Counted from the first letter of the stretch, positions 26,995-41,091 are shown. The stretch: DNA of 64,000 nucleotides from Escherichia coli O127:H6 str. E2348/69 (GCF_000026545.1 NC_011601.1), one strand, 5' to 3'. A program made the numbers and translations. Notes: a model not told the origin generated them from the letters alone.

Positions 26995-27894
26995 TTATCC
27001 TCGTAAGGTCGCGGTTAACCCTTTCTGGCAGGCATACTGCTGGGCAAAGTCGAGCAGTTCTGGCGCATCAAGCGGTTTTTCCGGCGCGTCATAGGGCAGA
27101 TTAAGTAAGTGATATTTGTTGATGCCCAGCGTGTGGTAGGGCAGGAAATGAATTTCGCCAACGTGCAGCTCGTCGGCGGCAAAATCGGTAATGGCTTTTA
27201 CAGAGGTTTCGTCGGCATTAAAGCCCTGAATCAACGGCACGCGGATGATGATTTTTTTCCCCGCCGCAGCGAGTTTTTTCAGGTTATCCAGCACTCTGGC
27301 GGCGTTACCGTCGGTCCACTGTTTAAACGGCGCGTCGGCAACATGTTTTAAATCGGCAAGAAACAGATCGATATAGGGCAGAGAAGGGGCGATATATTTC
27401 CACGGCACATGCAGACAGGTTTCTACCGCAGTATGAATGCCGGCCTCGTGGCTGGCTTGCAGTAGCCCCATCGCCATTTCCGGCTGCATAAACGGTTCAC
27501 CGCCAGAAAGCGTTAAGCCGCCGCCGCTGCGATCGTAAAACGGTTTATCACGCAGAACAGTCGCCATGATCTCCTCTACGCTTTTCACTTCACCACACAC
27601 GGTTAACGCCTGTGTCGGGCAGCAGTCGGTTAACGCCGTCAGATGCTCCGGGGTTAACTTTTCCCGATGAATAAGCAAACCATTCAGCGCGCGCTCAATC
27701 ACTTCCGGCGCGGTCTTAGCGCACAGCTCGCAGCCTTCCAGACACAGACGTGCGTCATACAGAAGATCCTGCGTGCGGGCGCGGCTTTCCGGGTTCTGAC
27801 ACCAGCGGCAGCCCAGTGAACAGCCTTTAAGAAAAACGACCGTGCGGATACCGGGGCCGTCATGGGTCGAGTAGCGCTGAATATTGAAAATCAT
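26995..27894 (-). CDS. ybiY: glycyl-radical enzyme activating protein (radical SAM)
   Basis: Start trimmed to [17 protein letters not shown]...; radical-SAM cysteine cluster; directly upstream of ybiW. Confidence 0.9.
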   Translation of the reverse strand: MIFNIQRYSTHDGPGIRTVVFLKGCSLGCRWCQNPESRARTQDLLYDARLCLEGCELCAKTAPEVIERALNGLLIHREKLTPEHLTALTDCCPTQALTVCGEVKSVEEIMATVLRDKPFYDRSGGGLTLSGGEPFMQPEMAMGLLQASHEAGIHTAVETCLHVPWKYIAPSLPYIDLFLADLKHVADAPFKQWTDGNAARVLDNLKKLAAAGKKIIIRVPLIQGFNADETSVKAITDFAADELHVGEIHFLPYHTLGINKYHLLNLPYDAPEKPLDAPELLDFAQQYACQKGLTATLRG

Positions 27895-28024
27895 AGTTGC
27901 CTCTCTGTTTCGTTCAAACATTAAAATGCTTTCGAATGAAAGCTGGATTGATGTGCGTCAACTGTTCAGAGAGTTTTCCCGTGATAGTCTACATTCAGAC
28001 AAAAAGTACATTTTGAGGATGGTT

Positions 28025-28687
28025 ATGGAACTGTATCTGGATACTTCAGACGTTGTTGCGGTGACGGCGCTGTCACGTATTTTTCCGCTGGCGGGTGTGA
28101 CCACTAACCCAAGCATTATCGCAGCGGGTAAAAAACCGCTGGAGGTTGTGCTTCCGCAACTTCACGAGGCGATGGGCGGTCAGGGGCGTCTGTTTGCCCA
28201 GGTAATGGCTACCACTGCTGAAGGGATGGTTAATGACGCACGTAAATTGCGTTCTATTATTGCGGATATCGTGGTGAAAGTTCCGGTGACCGCCGAGGGG
28301 CTGGCAGCGATTAAGATGTTAAAAGCGGAAGGGATTCCGACGCTGGGAACCGCGGTATATGGCGCAGCACAAGGGCTACTGTCGGCGCTGGCAGGTGCGG
28401 AATATGTTGCGCCTTACGTTAATCGTATTGATGCTCAGGGCGGTAGCGGTATTCAGACTGTGACCGACTTACACCAGTTATTGAAAATGCATGCGCCGCG
28501 GGCGAAAGTGCTGGCAGCGAGTTTCAAAACCCCGCGTCAGGCGCTGGACTGCTTACTGGCAGGGTGTGAATCAATTACTCTGCCGCTGGATGTGGCACAA
28601 CAGATGATTAGCTATCCGGCGGTTGATGCCGCTGTGGCGAAGTTTGAACAGGACTGGCTGGGAGCGTTTGGCAGAACGTCGATTTAA
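28025..28687 (+). CDS. fsaA: fructose-6-phosphate aldolase 1
   Basis: Start trimmed to [10 protein letters not shown]... with GAGGA RBS (220 aa); transaldolase-like fold. Confidence 0.9.
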   Translation: MELYLDTSDVVAVTALSRIFPLAGVTTNPSIIAAGKKPLEVVLPQLHEAMGGQGRLFAQVMATTAEGMVNDARKLRSIIADIVVKVPVTAEGLAAIKMLKAEGIPTLGTAVYGAAQGLLSALAGAEYVAPYVNRIDAQGGSGIQTVTDLHQLLKMHAPRAKVLAASFKTPRQALDCLLAGCESITLPLDVAQQMISYPAVDAAVAKFEQDWLGAFGRTSI

Positions 28688-28762
28688 CCGGACGTTCTGC
28701 ATCCTCATAAATTGCTGATGACGTGGCGGAGTGCCGCGTCTTATCTGGCCTGGAGGTGGCAG

Positions 28763-29512
28763 TTACTGCCCGCACACCTCACACCCCGGATTGCGCATCA
28801 GTTTCATTTCGCGAAACTGACAGGTCATCGCATCGTACATCACGATTTTCCCGCTGGCTGGTTTGCCATAACCTGCCAGCAGTTTGATTGCTTCCATTGC
28901 CTGCAACGAACCAATTACGCCGATTAACGGTGCCATCACGCCTGCTTCTACGCAGGTTAACGCGTTCTCGCCAAACAAACGGCTAAGGCAGTGATAGCAC
29001 GGTTCGCCGTCCTGATAAGTGAAGACCGTGATTTGCCCTTCCATACGAATTGCCGCGCCGGAAACCAGCGGCACCTTCGCGGCAAAACAGCCTGCGTTCA
29101 GTTGATTACGTACTGCAACGTTATCCGTACAGTCGAGCACCAGATCGTGTTTTGCAATCATCGCAGCAAGTTCAGCGTCATCAAGCAGCGCATTGACTGG
29201 CGTAATCGCGATATGTGGGTTGATCCGCGTCAGGGCGTCACGGGCGGATTCCACCTTTGGTTGCCCGACCGTGGCATCACTGTGCAGCGTCTGGCGTTGC
29301 AGATTGGAGAGCGAAACCGTGTCGAAGTCGAGCAGAGTCAGGTTGCCGACACCGGCGCTTGCCAGATACTGCGAAGCTGCGCAGCCGAGTCCACCAAGGC
29401 CGACGACCAGCACGCGGGAATCTTTCAATGCTTCCTGACCGTCAAAATCAAAACCGCGCAGAATGATTTGCCGGTTGTAGCGCAGCATCTCCTGATCGCT
29501 GAGTTCCGCCAT
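28763..29512 (-). CDS. moeB: molybdopterin-synthase adenylyltransferase
   Basis: 249 aa; ThiF/MoeB nucleotide-binding GLGGLG motif and C-terminal CxxC. Confidence 0.95.
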   Translation of the reverse strand: MAELSDQEMLRYNRQIILRGFDFDGQEALKDSRVLVVGLGGLGCAASQYLASAGVGNLTLLDFDTVSLSNLQRQTLHSDATVGQPKVESARDALTRINPHIAITPVNALLDDAELAAMIAKHDLVLDCTDNVAVRNQLNAGCFAAKVPLVSGAAIRMEGQITVFTYQDGEPCYHCLSRLFGENALTCVEAGVMAPLIGVIGSLQAMEAIKLLAGYGKPASGKIVMYDAMTCQFREMKLMRNPGCEVCGQ

Positions 29513-30747
29513 TACAGGCCTCCGAACAACGCGTTAAACGGTTCTACTTCCACCCATTCGCCCACTTCCACATTGCCGCGATCGCGTTCCAGCACGATAA
29601 AGCAGTTGCCGAGGCTAAAGGAGCTAAATATATGTGAACCCTGATGTCCGGTGGTGGTGACTTCCAGTTCGCCATCGGTGTTGCGTTGCAGCACGCCGCG
29701 CTGGAAATCAAGGCGTCCTGGCGTTTTTTTCAGGCGGGACGCTGTGCGTACACGCTGGCGCGCGGGCAGGCCACTGGCGGTATTGCCGCTTAGTTTTGCC
29801 AGCAAAGGCTGTACCAGTTGATAGAAGGTCAGCGTCGCTGAAACCGGGTTGCCCGGCAGGCCGCAGAACCAACTATTAGCAAGTTTACCGAATGCGAACG
29901 GTTTACCCGGTTTAATCGCCAGTTTCCAGAAGGCAATCTCCCCCAGCTCTTCAAGAATCGTTTTGGTGTAATCCGCTTCACCCACTGAAACACCGCCGGA
30001 ACTGATCACCACATCCGCCTGGCTGTCGGCTTCAATAAATGCGGCGCGCAGGGCATGGGGATCGTCACGGATAATCCCTAAGTTGATTACCTCGCATCCC
30101 AACTGTTCTAACATCAGGTGTACGGCGAGACGGTTGGTATCGTAGATTTGGCCGTCGCCCAACGGCTGACCGGGCAACTGGAGTTCATCACCGGTAGAAA
30201 AAAGCGCTACACGCACTTTACGAATCACCGGAACTTCGGCAATCCCTAGCGAAGCAATCACTGGCAGTTCAGCGGTAGTCAGGCGAGTCCCCGCCGGGAA
30301 AACAACCGCACCTGCAGAGATATCTTCACCGCGACGGCGAATATTTTGCCCGCTACGCGCTTCAGCAGTAAAACGCACGCCATTGTCCGTTTGTTCAGTC
30401 TGCTCCTGCATCACCACCGCTTCGCAGCCTTCCGGCACCGGCGCACCGGTCATAATACGAATGCAGGTACCCGCAGGCCATTCACCATGGTACGGCTGAC
30501 CGGCAAAGGATTTACCGGCAACGGGCAGCGGTTGCCCGGAGGCAATATCGGCTAAACGCACCGCGTAGCCGTCCATAGCGGAGTTATCAAACCCCGGGAC
30601 ATCCAGTGGCGAAACGACATCACTCGCCAGAATACGACCAAAACACTGAACCAGTGGCAGCGTTTCCTGGGCGGTCAGTGGGGTAACGCGACAAAGCATC
30701 TCATTAAGCGCGGTGTCGAGCGACATCAATCCGGTGGTAAATTCCAT
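29512..30747 (-). CDS. moeA: molybdopterin molybdenumtransferase
   Basis: 411 aa; forms moeAB operon. Confidence 0.95.
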   Translation of the reverse strand: MEFTTGLMSLDTALNEMLCRVTPLTAQETLPLVQCFGRILASDVVSPLDVPGFDNSAMDGYAVRLADIASGQPLPVAGKSFAGQPYHGEWPAGTCIRIMTGAPVPEGCEAVVMQEQTEQTDNGVRFTAEARSGQNIRRRGEDISAGAVVFPAGTRLTTAELPVIASLGIAEVPVIRKVRVALFSTGDELQLPGQPLGDGQIYDTNRLAVHLMLEQLGCEVINLGIIRDDPHALRAAFIEADSQADVVISSGGVSVGEADYTKTILEELGEIAFWKLAIKPGKPFAFGKLANSWFCGLPGNPVSATLTFYQLVQPLLAKLSGNTASGLPARQRVRTASRLKKTPGRLDFQRGVLQRNTDGELEVTTTGHQGSHIFSSFSLGNCFIVLERDRGNVEVGEWVEVEPFNALFGGL

Positions 30748-30950
30748 GAAAACACTCCTGCGGAGGCAAAATCGAATTTGCCTATTATGTCAGAAAAACG
30801 CCACAGACTGTATGCCACCTCGGGCGTAGCGCTGGCTCCTGCCTTTACATGCCATATCCATCTTTCTATATTCAAAAATTGAATGAGTCATTCATAAAAA
30901 TTCTGATATTTATAGCAAAAGTGGCGAGCCACCCTTAATGGACGAATACT

Positions 30951-31916
30951 ATGGGCAAAGCAGTCATTGCAATTCATGGTGGCGCAGGTGCAATTAGCCG
31001 CGCGCAGATGAGTCTGCAACAGGAATTACGCTACATCGAGGCGCTGTCTGCCATTGTTGAAACCGGGCAGAAAATGCTGGTAGCGGGCGAAAGTGCGCTG
31101 GATGTGGTGACGGAAGCGGTGCGTCTGCTGGAAGAGTGTCCACTGTTTAACGCCGGAATTGGCGCTGTCTTTACGCGTGATGAAACCCATGAACTGGACG
31201 CCTGTGTGATGGATGGTAACACCCTGAAAGCCGGTGCGGTGGCGGGCGTTAGTCATCTGCGTAATCCGGTTCTTGCCGCCCGACTGGTGATGGAGCAAAG
31301 CCCACATGTGATGATGATTGGCGAAGGGGCAGAAAATTTTGCGTTTGCTCATGGCATGGAGCGCGTCTCGCCGGAGATTTTCTCCACACCTTTGCGTTAT
31401 GAACAACTAATGGCAGCGCGCGAGGAAGGGGCAACAGTCCTCGACCATAGCGGTGCGCCACTGGATGAAAAACAGAAAATGGGCACCGTAGGGGCCGTGG
31501 CGTTGGATTTAGACGGCAATCTGGCGGCAGCCACGTCCACGGGCGGAATGACCAATAAATTACCCGGACGAGTTGGCGATAGTCCCTTAGTGGGGGCCGG
31601 ATGCTATGCCAATAACGCCAGTGTGGCGGTTTCCTGTACCGGCACGGGCGAAGTCTTCATCCGCGCGCTGGCGGCATATGATATCGCCGCGTTAATGGAT
31701 TACGGCGGATTAAGTCTCGCGGAAGCCTGCGAGCGGGTAGTAATGGAAAAACTCCCTGCGCTTGGCGGTAGCGGTGGCTTAATCGCTATCGACCATGAAG
31801 GGAATGTCGCGCTACCGTTTAACACCGAAGGAATGTATCGCGCCTGGGGCTACGCAGGCGATACGCCAACCACCGGTATCTACCGTGAAAAAGGGGACAC
31901 CGTTGCCACACAGTGA
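30951..31916 (+). CDS. iaaA: isoaspartyl peptidase / L-asparaginase (Ntn hydrolase)
   Basis: 321 aa; conserved GTVGAVALD autoprocessing site. Confidence 0.9.
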   Translation: MGKAVIAIHGGAGAISRAQMSLQQELRYIEALSAIVETGQKMLVAGESALDVVTEAVRLLEECPLFNAGIGAVFTRDETHELDACVMDGNTLKAGAVAGVSHLRNPVLAARLVMEQSPHVMMIGEGAENFAFAHGMERVSPEIFSTPLRYEQLMAAREEGATVLDHSGAPLDEKQKMGTVGAVALDLDGNLAAATSTGGMTNKLPGRVGDSPLVGAGCYANNASVAVSCTGTGEVFIRALAAYDIAALMDYGGLSLAEACERVVMEKLPALGGSGGLIAIDHEGNVALPFNTEGMYRAWGYAGDTPTTGIYREKGDTVATQ

Positions 31917-33774
31917 TGAACTTGATGCCGGTGATGTGCTGGCGGTTGAAAATCTGAATATTGCCTTTATGCAGGAGCAGCAGAAAATAGCTGCGGTCCG
32001 CAATCTCTCTTTTAGCCTGCAACGCGGTGAGACGCTGGCAATTGTTGGCGAATCCGGCTCCGGTAAGTCAGTGACTGCGCTGGCATTGATGCGCTTGTTG
32101 GAACAGGCGGGCGGTTTAGTGCAGTGCGATAAAATGCTGTTGCAGCGGCGCAGTCGCGAAGTAATTGAACTTAGCGAGCAGAGCGCTGCACAAATGCGCC
32201 ATGTGCGCGGTGCGGATATGGCGATGATATTTCAGGAGCCGATGACATCGCTGAACCCGGTATTTACTGTGGGTGAACAGATTGCCGAATCTATTCGTCT
32301 GCATCAGAACGCCAGTCGTGAAGAAGCGATGGTCGAGGCGAAGCGGATGCTGGATCAGGTACGCATTCCGGAGGCACAAACCATTCTTTCACGTTATCCG
32401 CATCAACTCTCTGGCGGGATGCGCCAGCGAGTGATGATTGCGATGGCGCTGTCATGCCGCCCGGCGGTGCTGATTGCCGATGAGCCAACCACCGCGCTGG
32501 ATGTCACTATTCAGGCGCAGATCCTGCAATTAATCAAAGTATTGCAAAAAGAGATGTCGATGGGCGTTATCTTTATCACGCACGATATGGGCGTGGTGGC
32601 AGAGATTGCCGATCGGGTTCTGGTGATGTATCAGGGCGAGGCGGTGGAAACGGGTAGCGTCGAACAGATTTTTCATGCACCGCAACATCCTTATACCCGT
32701 GCGCTGTTAGCTGCTGTTCCGCAACTTGGTGCGATGAAAGGGTTAGATTATCCCCGACGTTTCCCGTTGATATCGCTTGAACATCCAGCGAAACAGGAGC
32801 CACCCATCGAGCAGAAAACGGTGGTGGATGGCGAACCTGTTTTACGGGTGCGTAATCTGGTCACCCGTTTCCCTTTGCGCAGCGGTTTGTTGAATCGCGT
32901 AACGCGGGAAGTGCATGCCGTTGAGAAAGTCAGTTTTGATCTCTGGCCTGGTGAAACGCTATCGCTGGTGGGCGAGTCTGGCAGCGGTAAATCCACTACC
33001 GGGCGGGCGTTGCTGCGCCTGGTCGAATCGCAGGGCGGCGAAATTATCTTTAACGGTCAGCGAATCGATACCTTGTCATCCGGTAAACTTCAGGCATTGC
33101 GCCGCGATATTCAGTTTATTTTTCAGGACCCTTACGCTTCGCTGGACCCACGTCAGACCATCGGTGATTCGATTATCGAACCGCTGCGCGTACACGGTTT
33201 ATTGCCAGGTAAAGAAGCGGCTGCACGTGTTGCGTGGTTGCTGGAGCGCGTGGGCCTGTTACCTGAACATGCCTGGCGTTACCCGCATGAGTTTTCCGGC
33301 GGTCAGCGCCAGCGCATCTGCATTGCTCGCGCGTTGGCATTGAATCCAAAAGTGATCATTGCCGACGAAGCCGTCTCGGCGCTGGATGTTTCTATTCGCG
33401 GGCAGATTATCAACTTGTTGCTCGATCTCCAGCGTGATTTCGGCATTGCGTATCTGTTTATCTCCCACGATATGGCCGTGGTAGAGCGGATTAGTCATCG
33501 TGTGGCGGTGATGTATCTCGGGCAAATTGTTGAAATTGGTCCACGGCGCGCGGTCTTCGAAAACCCGCAGCATCCTTATACGCGTAAATTACTGGCGGCA
33601 GTTCCGGTCGCTGAACCGTCCCGACAACGACCGCAGCGTGTACTGCTGTCGGACGATCTTCCCAGCAATATTCATCTGCGTGGCGAAGAGGTTGCAGCCG
33701 TCTCGTTGCAATGCGTCGGGCCGGGGCATTACGTCGCACAACCACAATCAGAATACGCATTCATGCGTAGATAA
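31903..33774 (+). CDS. gsiA: glutathione ABC importer ATP-binding protein (duplicated ABC cassettes)
   Basis: Track ORF extends upstream into iaaA; trimmed to [10 protein letters not shown]... using a TTG start at 31903 (623 aa). Two Walker A motifs GESGSGKS. Confidence 0.85.
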   Translation: MPHSDELDAGDVLAVENLNIAFMQEQQKIAAVRNLSFSLQRGETLAIVGESGSGKSVTALALMRLLEQAGGLVQCDKMLLQRRSREVIELSEQSAAQMRHVRGADMAMIFQEPMTSLNPVFTVGEQIAESIRLHQNASREEAMVEAKRMLDQVRIPEAQTILSRYPHQLSGGMRQRVMIAMALSCRPAVLIADEPTTALDVTIQAQILQLIKVLQKEMSMGVIFITHDMGVVAEIADRVLVMYQGEAVETGSVEQIFHAPQHPYTRALLAAVPQLGAMKGLDYPRRFPLISLEHPAKQEPPIEQKTVVDGEPVLRVRNLVTRFPLRSGLLNRVTREVHAVEKVSFDLWPGETLSLVGESGSGKSTTGRALLRLVESQGGEIIFNGQRIDTLSSGKLQALRRDIQFIFQDPYASLDPRQTIGDSIIEPLRVHGLLPGKEAAARVAWLLERVGLLPEHAWRYPHEFSGGQRQRICIARALALNPKVIIADEAVSALDVSIRGQIINLLLDLQRDFGIAYLFISHDMAVVERISHRVAVMYLGQIVEIGPRRAVFENPQHPYTRKLLAAVPVAEPSRQRPQRVLLSDDLPSNIHLRGEEVAAVSLQCVGPGHYVAQPQSEYAFMRR

Positions 33775-33793
33775 CATTCAGGCGGAGAATAAA

Positions 33794-35332
33794 ATGGCAA
33801 GAGCTGTACACCGTAGTGGGTTAGTGGCGCTGGGCATTGCGACAGCGTTGATGGCATCTTGTGCATTCGCTGCCAAAGATGTGGTGGTGGCGGTAGGATC
33901 GAACTTCACCACGCTCGATCCATATGACGCGAATGACACGTTATCTCAGGCCGTAGCGAAATCGTTTTACCAGGGGCTGTTCGGTCTGGATAAAGAGATG
34001 AAACTGAAAAACGTGCTGGCGGAGAGTTATACCGTTTCCGATGACGGCCTTACTTACACCGTGAAACTGCGGGAAGGAATTAAATTCCAGGATGGAACCG
34101 ACTTCAACGCAGCGGCGGTAAAAGCGAATCTGGACCGGGCCAGCGATCCGGCGAATCATCTTAAACGCTACAACCTGTATAAGAATATTGCCAAAACGGA
34201 AGCGATCGATCCAACAACGGTAAAGATTACCCTCAAACAGCCGTTCTCAGCGTTTATTAATATTCTTGCCCATCCGGCGACCGCGATGATTTCGCCGGCA
34301 GCGCTGGAAAAATATGGCAAGGATATTGGTTTTCATCCGGTGGGAACCGGGCCGTATGAACTGGATACCTGGAATCAGACCGATTTTGTGAAGGTGAAAA
34401 AATTCGCGGGTTACTGGCAGCCAGGATTGCCCAAACTGGACAGCATAACCTGGCGTCCGGTTGCGGATAACAACACCCGCGCGGCAATGCTACAAACCGG
34501 TGAAGCGCAGTTTGCTTTCCCCATTCCTTACGAGCAGGCCGCATTGCTGGAGAAAAACAAAAATATCGAGTTGATGGCCAGTCCGTCAATTATGCAGCGT
34601 TATATCAGTATGAACGTGACGCAAAAGCCGTTCGATAACCCGAAGGTCCGTGAGGCGCTGAATTACGCCATTAACCGCCCGGCGCTGGTGAAAGTGGCCT
34701 TCGCGGGCTATGCAACGCCAGCTACTGGTGTGGTACCGCCGAGTATCGCCTATGCGCAAAGTTATAAACCGTGGCCTTACGATCCAGTGAAAGCGCGCGA
34801 ATTACTGAAAGAGGCGGGATATCCCAACGGTTTCAGTACCACGCTGTGGTCGTCACATAACCACAGCACCGCGCAGAAAGTGCTGCAATTTACCCAGCAG
34901 CAGTTAGCGCAGGTCGGGATTAAAGCCCAGGTGACTGCGATGGATGCCGGACAGCGGGCGGCAGAAGTCGAAGGTAAAGGGCAAAAAGAGAGCGGCGTGC
35001 GGATGTTCTACACTGGCTGGTCGGCTTCAACCGGCGAAGCTGACTGGGCACTATCGCCGCTGTTTGCCTCGCAAAACTGGCCACCAACGCTGTTTAATAC
35101 CGCGTTTTACAGCAATAAACAGGTGGATGACTTCCTGGCTCAGGCACTAAAAACTAATGATCCGGCGGAAAAGACCCGTTTATATAAGGCGGCGCAGGAT
35201 ATCATCTGGCAAGAGTCGCCGTGGATCCCGCTGGTGGTAGAAAAACTGGTGTCGGCACACAGTAAAAACCTGACCGGTTTTTGGATCATGCCAGACACCG
35301 GCTTCAGCTTTGAAGACGCAGATTTGCAATAA
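33794..35332 (+). CDS. gsiB: glutathione ABC importer periplasmic binding protein
   Basis: Start trimmed to [26 protein letters not shown] (512 aa) with GGAGAA RBS. Confidence 0.9.
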
Positions 35333-35349
35333 GCAACGCAGGGAGTGGA

Positions 35350-36270
35350 ATGCTTAATTACGTTATCAAACGCTTGCTGGGGTTGATTCCGACGCTGTTT
35401 ATCGTCTCGGTGCTGGTGTTTTTATTTGTCCATATGCTGCCCGGCGATCCGGCGCGATTGATTGCCGGGCTCGAAGCTGATGCGCAGGTTATAGAACTGG
35501 TGCGTCAGCAGCTGGGGTTGGATCAGCCGCTGTATCACCAGTTCTGGCACTATATCAGCAATGCTGTGCAGGGGGATTTTGGCCTGTCGATGGTGTCGCG
35601 TCGTCCGGTTGCTGATGAGATTGCCAGCCGCTTTATGCCAACGCTGTGGCTGACCATAACCAGTATGGTCTGGGCGGTGATATTTGGTATGGCGGCGGGA
35701 ATTATCGCCGCCGTCTGGCGTAACCGTTGGCCGGATCGATTGAGTATGACCATTGCGGTGTCGGGGATCTCGTTTCCGGCATTTGCTCTGGGGATGCTTT
35801 TAATTCAGGTATTCTCCGTTGAACTGGGCTGGCTGCCTACCGTGGGAGCAGACAGTTGGCAGCACTACATTTTACCCTCCCTGACGCTCGGCGCGGCAGT
35901 GGCCGCCGTGATGGCGCGCTTTACCCGCGCATCGTTTGTCGACGTTTTAAGCGAAGATTATATGCGTACCGCGAGGGCGAAAGGGGTGAGCGAAACCTGG
36001 GTTGTCCTCAAGCACGGGCTACGCAACGCGATGATCCCGGTAGTGACCATGATGGGCTTACAGTTTGGCTTTTTGCTCGGTGGTTCCATCGTGGTGGAGA
36101 AAGTTTTCAACTGGCCCGGACTTGGACGCTTACTCGTTGACTCCGTAGAAATGCGCGATTACCCGGTGATTCAGGCGGAAATTCTGCTTTTCTCGCTGGA
36201 ATTTATTCTTATCAACTTAGTGGTGGATGTGCTTTACGCCGCCATTAACCCGGCTATCAGGTACAAGTAA
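35350..36270 (+). CDS. gsiC: glutathione ABC importer permease
   Basis: 306 aa membrane protein with ABC permease signature. Confidence 0.9.
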
Positions 36271-36272
36271 GG

Positions 36273-37184
36273 ATGCGACTATTTAACTGGCGACGTCAGG
36301 CGGTGTTAAACGCCATGCCACTGGTCAAACCTGACCAGGTACGTACACCGTGGCATGAATTCTGGCGACGATTTCGCCGTCAGCATATGGCGATGACCGC
36401 CGCATTGTTCGTTATTTTATTGATTGTGGTGGCCATTTTTGCACGCTGGATTGCTCCCTATGACGCCGAAAATTATTTTGATTATGACAATCTGAATAAC
36501 GGACCTTCTTTGCAGCACTGGTTTGGCGTCGATTCACTGGGGCGTGACATTTTCAGCCGTGTCCTGGTTGGTGCGCAAATCTCGCTGGCGGCGGGCGTGT
36601 TTGCCGTGTTTATCGGTGCGGCGATCGGGACGTTGCTGGGCTTGTTGGCTGGATATTATGAAGGCTGGTGGGATCGGCTGATCATGCGCATTTGCGATGT
36701 GCTGTTTGCCTTCCCGGGTATTTTACTGGCGATCGCTGTTGTTGCGGTGTTGGGAAGCGGCATTGCTAACGTGATTATCGCAGTCGCCATTTTTTCCATC
36801 CCCGCGTTTGCCCGACTGGTGCGCGGCAACACGCTGGTGTTGAAACAGCAAACCTTTATTGAGTCAGCACGCAGTATTGGTGCCAGCGATATGACCATTT
36901 TATTGCGTCATATCCTGCCTGGGACCGTCTCTTCTATCGTGGTGTTTTTCACCATGCGCATTGGTACCTCGATTATCTCTGCCGCCAGCCTGTCATTTCT
37001 CGGCCTCGGTGCGCAGCCGCCGACACCAGAGTGGGGAGCAATGCTCAATGAGGCACGGGCGGATATGGTTATCGCGCCGCATGTCGCTGTTTTTCCGGCC
37101 CTGGCTATTTTTCTGACCGTACTGGCGTTCAATTTGTTGGGCGATGGTTTACGCGATGCGCTGGATCCGAAAATTAAAGGATAG
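36273..37184 (+). CDS. gsiD: glutathione ABC importer permease
   Basis: 303 aa membrane protein; last gene of gsiABCD. Confidence 0.9.
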   Translation: MRLFNWRRQAVLNAMPLVKPDQVRTPWHEFWRRFRRQHMAMTAALFVILLIVVAIFARWIAPYDAENYFDYDNLNNGPSLQHWFGVDSLGRDIFSRVLVGAQISLAAGVFAVFIGAAIGTLLGLLAGYYEGWWDRLIMRICDVLFAFPGILLAIAVVAVLGSGIANVIIAVAIFSIPAFARLVRGNTLVLKQQTFIESARSIGASDMTILLRHILPGTVSSIVVFFTMRIGTSIISAASLSFLGLGAQPPTPEWGAMLNEARADMVIAPHVAVFPALAIFLTVLAFNLLGDGLRDALDPKIKG

Positions 37185-37360
37185 TTACGTTTGAATATTG
37201 CTTGAAAGGGTAATCACCTCACAGGAAATTATTGCCCTAAGCAAGTGTTGTAACTTTCTGCTGATTTTGTAGAATCGGGTAATTTGGTTAAAAAGCCGCA
37301 GCAAGGGACTATTTTGCAGCGGCACAGCGTTCAGACAGTTATTTTGTTAAATGTATTAAC

Positions 37361-39709
37361 ATGCTGAGTTTATACGAAAAGATAAAGATAAGGCTGATAA
37401 TTTTATTTTTATTGGCAGCACTGTCATTTATTGGTCTTTTTTTCATCATTAACTATCAACTGGTATCGGAACGCGCGGTAAAACGTGCCGATAGCCGCTT
37501 TGAACTTATTCAGAAAAACGTTGGCTATTTCTTTAAAGATATTGAACGTTCGGCCCTGACATTAAAGGACTCACTATATTTATTAAAAAATACAGAGGAG
37601 ATTCAACGCGCCGTAATTCTGAAAATGGAAATGATGCCATTTTTAGACTCGGTGGGACTGGTACTTGATGATAATAAATATTATCTCTTTTCGCGGAGGG
37701 CGAATGATAAAATCGTTGTTTATCATCAGGAACAAGTAAATGGACCGCTTGTCGACGAGTCAGGGCGGGTTATTTTTGCCGATTTTAACCCATCGAAACG
37801 ACCGTGGTCGATGGCTTCAGATGACTCTAACAACAGCTGGAACCCGGCATACAATTGCTTTGATCGTCCGGGTAAAAAATGTATCTCTTTTACGCTACAC
37901 ATCAACGGCAAAGATCATGATTTGTTAGCAGTAGATAAAATTCATGTCGATTTAAACTGGCGATATCTGAACGAGTATCTTGATCAAATCAGCGCTAATG
38001 ATGAAGTTCTATTTTTAAAGCAAGGTCATGAGATCATTGCTAAGAATCAACTCGCTCGTGAAAAATTGATTATTTATAATAGCGAAGGTAATTATAATAT
38101 TATTGATTCTGTCGATACGGAATATATTGAAAAAACATCAGCGGTGCCAAACAACGCATTATTCGAAATCTATTTTTATTATCCTGGTGGTAATTTATTG
38201 AACGCATCAGATAAACTTTTTTATCTGCCGTTTGCTTTCATTATTATCGTATTGCTGGTGGTTTATTTAATGACCACTCGAGTTTTCCGTCGGCAATTTT
38301 CTGAAATGACCGAACTGGTTAATACGCTGGCGTTTTTGCCTGACTCTACGGATCAAATCGAGGCCCTGAAGATTCGTGAAGGCGATGCGAAAGAGATTAT
38401 CAGTATCAAAAATTCGATCGCGGAAATGAAAGATGCTGAAATTGAACGGGCAAATAAATTGCTCTCGCTGATCTCTTACGATCAGGAAAGCGGTTTTATT
38501 AAAAATATGGCGATTATTGAGTCCAACAATAATCAGTATCTGGCTGTGGGGATCATCAAACTGTGTGGTCTGGAAGCTGTGGAAGCGGTGTTTGGTGTTG
38601 ATGAACGCAATAAAATCGTCAGGAAATTGTGTCAGCGAATTGCCGAGAAATATGCGCAATGCTGCGATATCGTGACATTTAATGCCGATCTCTATTTACT
38701 CCTGTGCCGGGAAAATGTACAGACGTTTACCCGTAAGATAGCGACGGTAAACGATTTTGACAGCAGTTTTGGCTACTGCAATCTGCGCATCCATAAGTCT
38801 GCTATTTGTGAACCTTTGCAGGGGGAAAACGCCTGGAGTTACGCAGAAAAGCTGAAACTGGCGATTTCCAGTATCCGCAACCATATGTTCTCAGAGTTTA
38901 TTTTCTGTGATGATGCGAAACTCAACGAAATAGAAGAGAATATCTGGATTGCGCGTAATATTCGCCATGCAATGGAAATTGGCGAACTATTCCTGGTCTA
39001 TCAACCGATTGTTGATATTAACACCCGCACCATTTTGGGCGCGGAGGCGTTGTGCCGTTGGGTGTCTGCGGAGCGGGGGATTATTTCACCGCTGAAGTTC
39101 ATTACCATTGCTGAAGATATCGGGTTTATCAATGAGCTGGGCTATCAAATTATTAAAACCGCGATGGGTGAATTCAGACATTTTAGCGAGCGTGCGGTCC
39201 TGAAGGACGGTTTCTTACTGCATATTAATGTTTCGCCCTGGCAGTTAAACGAACCACACTTTCATGAGCGTTTTACTACCATCATGAAAGAAAATGGCCT
39301 GAAGGCGAACAGCCTTTGTGTTGAGATCACTGAAACCGTGATCGAGCGAATTAATGAACATTTCTATCTCAATATTGAACAACTGCGTAAACAAGGGGTA
39401 CGGGTATCGATTGATGACTTTGGCACCGGTTTGTCAAACCTGAAACGTTTTTATGAAATGAATCCAGACAGTATAAAGGTGGATTCGCAATTTACCGGCG
39501 ATATTTTCGGTACTGCGGGAAAAATTGTGCGCATTATTTTCGATCTGGCACGCTATAACCGGATCCCGGTGATTGCGGAAGGCGTAGAGAGCGAAGACGT
39601 TGCGCGTGAATTAATCAAATTAGGATGTGTTCAGGCTCAGGGGTATCTGTACCAGAAACCCATGCCATTCTCCGCCTGGGATAAAAGTGGAAAATTAGTA
39701 AAAGAGTAG
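37361..39709 (+). CDS. pdeI: c-di-GMP phosphodiesterase (EAL domain; periplasmic sensor, TM)
   Basis: 782 aa; N-terminal TM/periplasmic region and C-terminal EAL domain. Confidence 0.9.
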   Translation: MLSLYEKIKIRLIILFLLAALSFIGLFFIINYQLVSERAVKRADSRFELIQKNVGYFFKDIERSALTLKDSLYLLKNTEEIQRAVILKMEMMPFLDSVGLVLDDNKYYLFSRRANDKIVVYHQEQVNGPLVDESGRVIFADFNPSKRPWSMASDDSNNSWNPAYNCFDRPGKKCISFTLHINGKDHDLLAVDKIHVDLNWRYLNEYLDQISANDEVLFLKQGHEIIAKNQLAREKLIIYNSEGNYNIIDSVDTEYIEKTSAVPNNALFEIYFYYPGGNLLNASDKLFYLPFAFIIIVLLVVYLMTTRVFRRQFSEMTELVNTLAFLPDSTDQIEALKIREGDAKEIISIKNSIAEMKDAEIERANKLLSLISYDQESGFIKNMAIIESNNNQYLAVGIIKLCGLEAVEAVFGVDERNKIVRKLCQRIAEKYAQCCDIVTFNADLYLLLCRENVQTFTRKIATVNDFDSSFGYCNLRIHKSAICEPLQGENAWSYAEKLKLAISSIRNHMFSEFIFCDDAKLNEIEENIWIARNIRHAMEIGELFLVYQPIVDINTRTILGAEALCRWVSAERGIISPLKFITIAEDIGFINELGYQIIKTAMGEFRHFSERAVLKDGFLLHINVSPWQLNEPHFHERFTTIMKENGLKANSLCVEITETVIERINEHFYLNIEQLRKQGVRVSIDDFGTGLSNLKRFYEMNPDSIKVDSQFTGDIFGTAGKIVRIIFDLARYNRIPVIAEGVESEDVARELIKLGCVQAQGYLYQKPMPFSAWDKSGKLVKE

Positions 39710-39716
39710 TTTACGT

Positions 39717-41045
39717 ATGTCCAGAATCAATAAATTCGTACTTACAGTCAGTCTGCTGATTTTTATCATGATTTCAGCAGTTGCCTGCGGGATCTACACT
39801 CAAATGGTAAAGGAACGGGTGTATGGCCTGAAACAGTCCGTTATTGATACTGCTTTTGCGGTGGCAAATATTGCTGAATATCGGCGTAGTGTGGCAATTG
39901 ATCTCATCAACACGCTAAATCCTACGGAGGAACAGCTGTTGGTTGGCTTACGCACAGCTTACGCCGACTCGGTTTCACCCTCTTATTTGTACGATGTCGG
40001 TCCTTATCTGATTTCCAGTGACGAATGTATTCAGGTAAAGGAGTTCGAGAAAAATTATTGTGCAGATATTATGCAGGTTGTTAAGTATCGACATGTCAAA
40101 AATACAGGGTTTATCTCTTTTGATGGTAAAACCTTCGTCTATTACCTCTATCCGGTAACTCACAATCGTAGTCTGATATTTTTGCTTGGTCTGGAACGTT
40201 TTTCTTTACTGTCAAAATCGCTGGCGATGGATAGCGAGAACCTGATGTTCTCCCTGTTCAAGAACGGTAAATCGGTGACCGGTGATGAATATAACGCTAA
40301 AAACGCCATCTTCACTGTTTCGGAAGCGATGGAGCACTTCGCCTATTTGCCGACCGGATTGTACGTATTTGCGTATAAAAAAGATGTTTATTTGCGGGTT
40401 TGTACGTTGATTATTTTCTTTGCCGCATTGGTGGCTGTGATATCGGGTGCCAGTTGCCTCTATCTGGTACGCAGAGTGATTAATCGTGGTATTGTGGAGA
40501 AAGAAGCCATTATTAATAACCATTTTGAACGCGTACTGGATGGCGGGCTTTTCTTTTCGGCTGCCGATGTCAAAAAACTCTACAGTATGTATAACTCGGC
40601 ATTCCTGGACGACCTGACCAAAGCAATGGGCAGAAAATCCTTTGACGAAGATTTAAAAGCGCTGCCGGAAAAAGGCGGTTATTTGTGCCTGTTTGACGTC
40701 GATAAATTCAAAAACATCAACGACACCTTCGGTCATTTGCTGGGCGATGAAGTGTTGATGAAAGTGGTGAAAATCCTTAAATCACAGATCCCGGTAGATA
40801 AAGGTAAAGTTTACCGCTTCGGAGGTGACGAATTTGCGGTGATTTATACTGGCGGCACGCTGGAAGAGTTGCTATCGATTCTAAAAGAAATCGTTCATTT
40901 CCAGGTGGGAAGCATTAATTTAAGCACCAGTATCGGTGTAGCGCATTCAAATGAATGTACTACCGTTGAACGCTTGAAAATGCTGGCGGATGAGCGGCTG
41001 TATAAGAGTAAGAAAAACGGCAGGGCGCAGATTAGCTGGCAGTAA
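39717..41045 (+). CDS. dgcI: diguanylate cyclase (GGDEF domain)
   Basis: 442 aa; active-site motif RFGGDEF present. Confidence 0.9.
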   Translation: MSRINKFVLTVSLLIFIMISAVACGIYTQMVKERVYGLKQSVIDTAFAVANIAEYRRSVAIDLINTLNPTEEQLLVGLRTAYADSVSPSYLYDVGPYLISSDECIQVKEFEKNYCADIMQVVKYRHVKNTGFISFDGKTFVYYLYPVTHNRSLIFLLGLERFSLLSKSLAMDSENLMFSLFKNGKSVTGDEYNAKNAIFTVSEAMEHFAYLPTGLYVFAYKKDVYLRVCTLIIFFAALVAVISGASCLYLVRRVINRGIVEKEAIINNHFERVLDGGLFFSAADVKKLYSMYNSAFLDDLTKAMGRKSFDEDLKALPEKGGYLCLFDVDKFKNINDTFGHLLGDEVLMKVVKILKSQIPVDKGKVYRFGGDEFAVIYTGGTLEELLSILKEIVHFQVGSINLSTSIGVAHSNECTTVERLKMLADERLYKSKKNGRAQISWQ

Positions 41046-41056
41046 TCATTATTCGC

Positions 41057-41086
41057 AGGCCGGACAAATGATTTTGCCCGGCCTGA
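41057..41086. terminator. bidirectional terminator between dgcI and rimO
   Basis: caggccgg...ccggcctg inverted repeat between convergent genes. Confidence 0.5.
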
Positions 41087-41091
41087 ATTAA

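Noticed and set aside
26039-27094. 351-aa ORF on the + strand
   Set aside because: Entirely antisense to the conserved ybiW/ybiY glycyl-radical genes, with no RBS and low-complexity Arg/Gln-rich translation; a shadow ORF.
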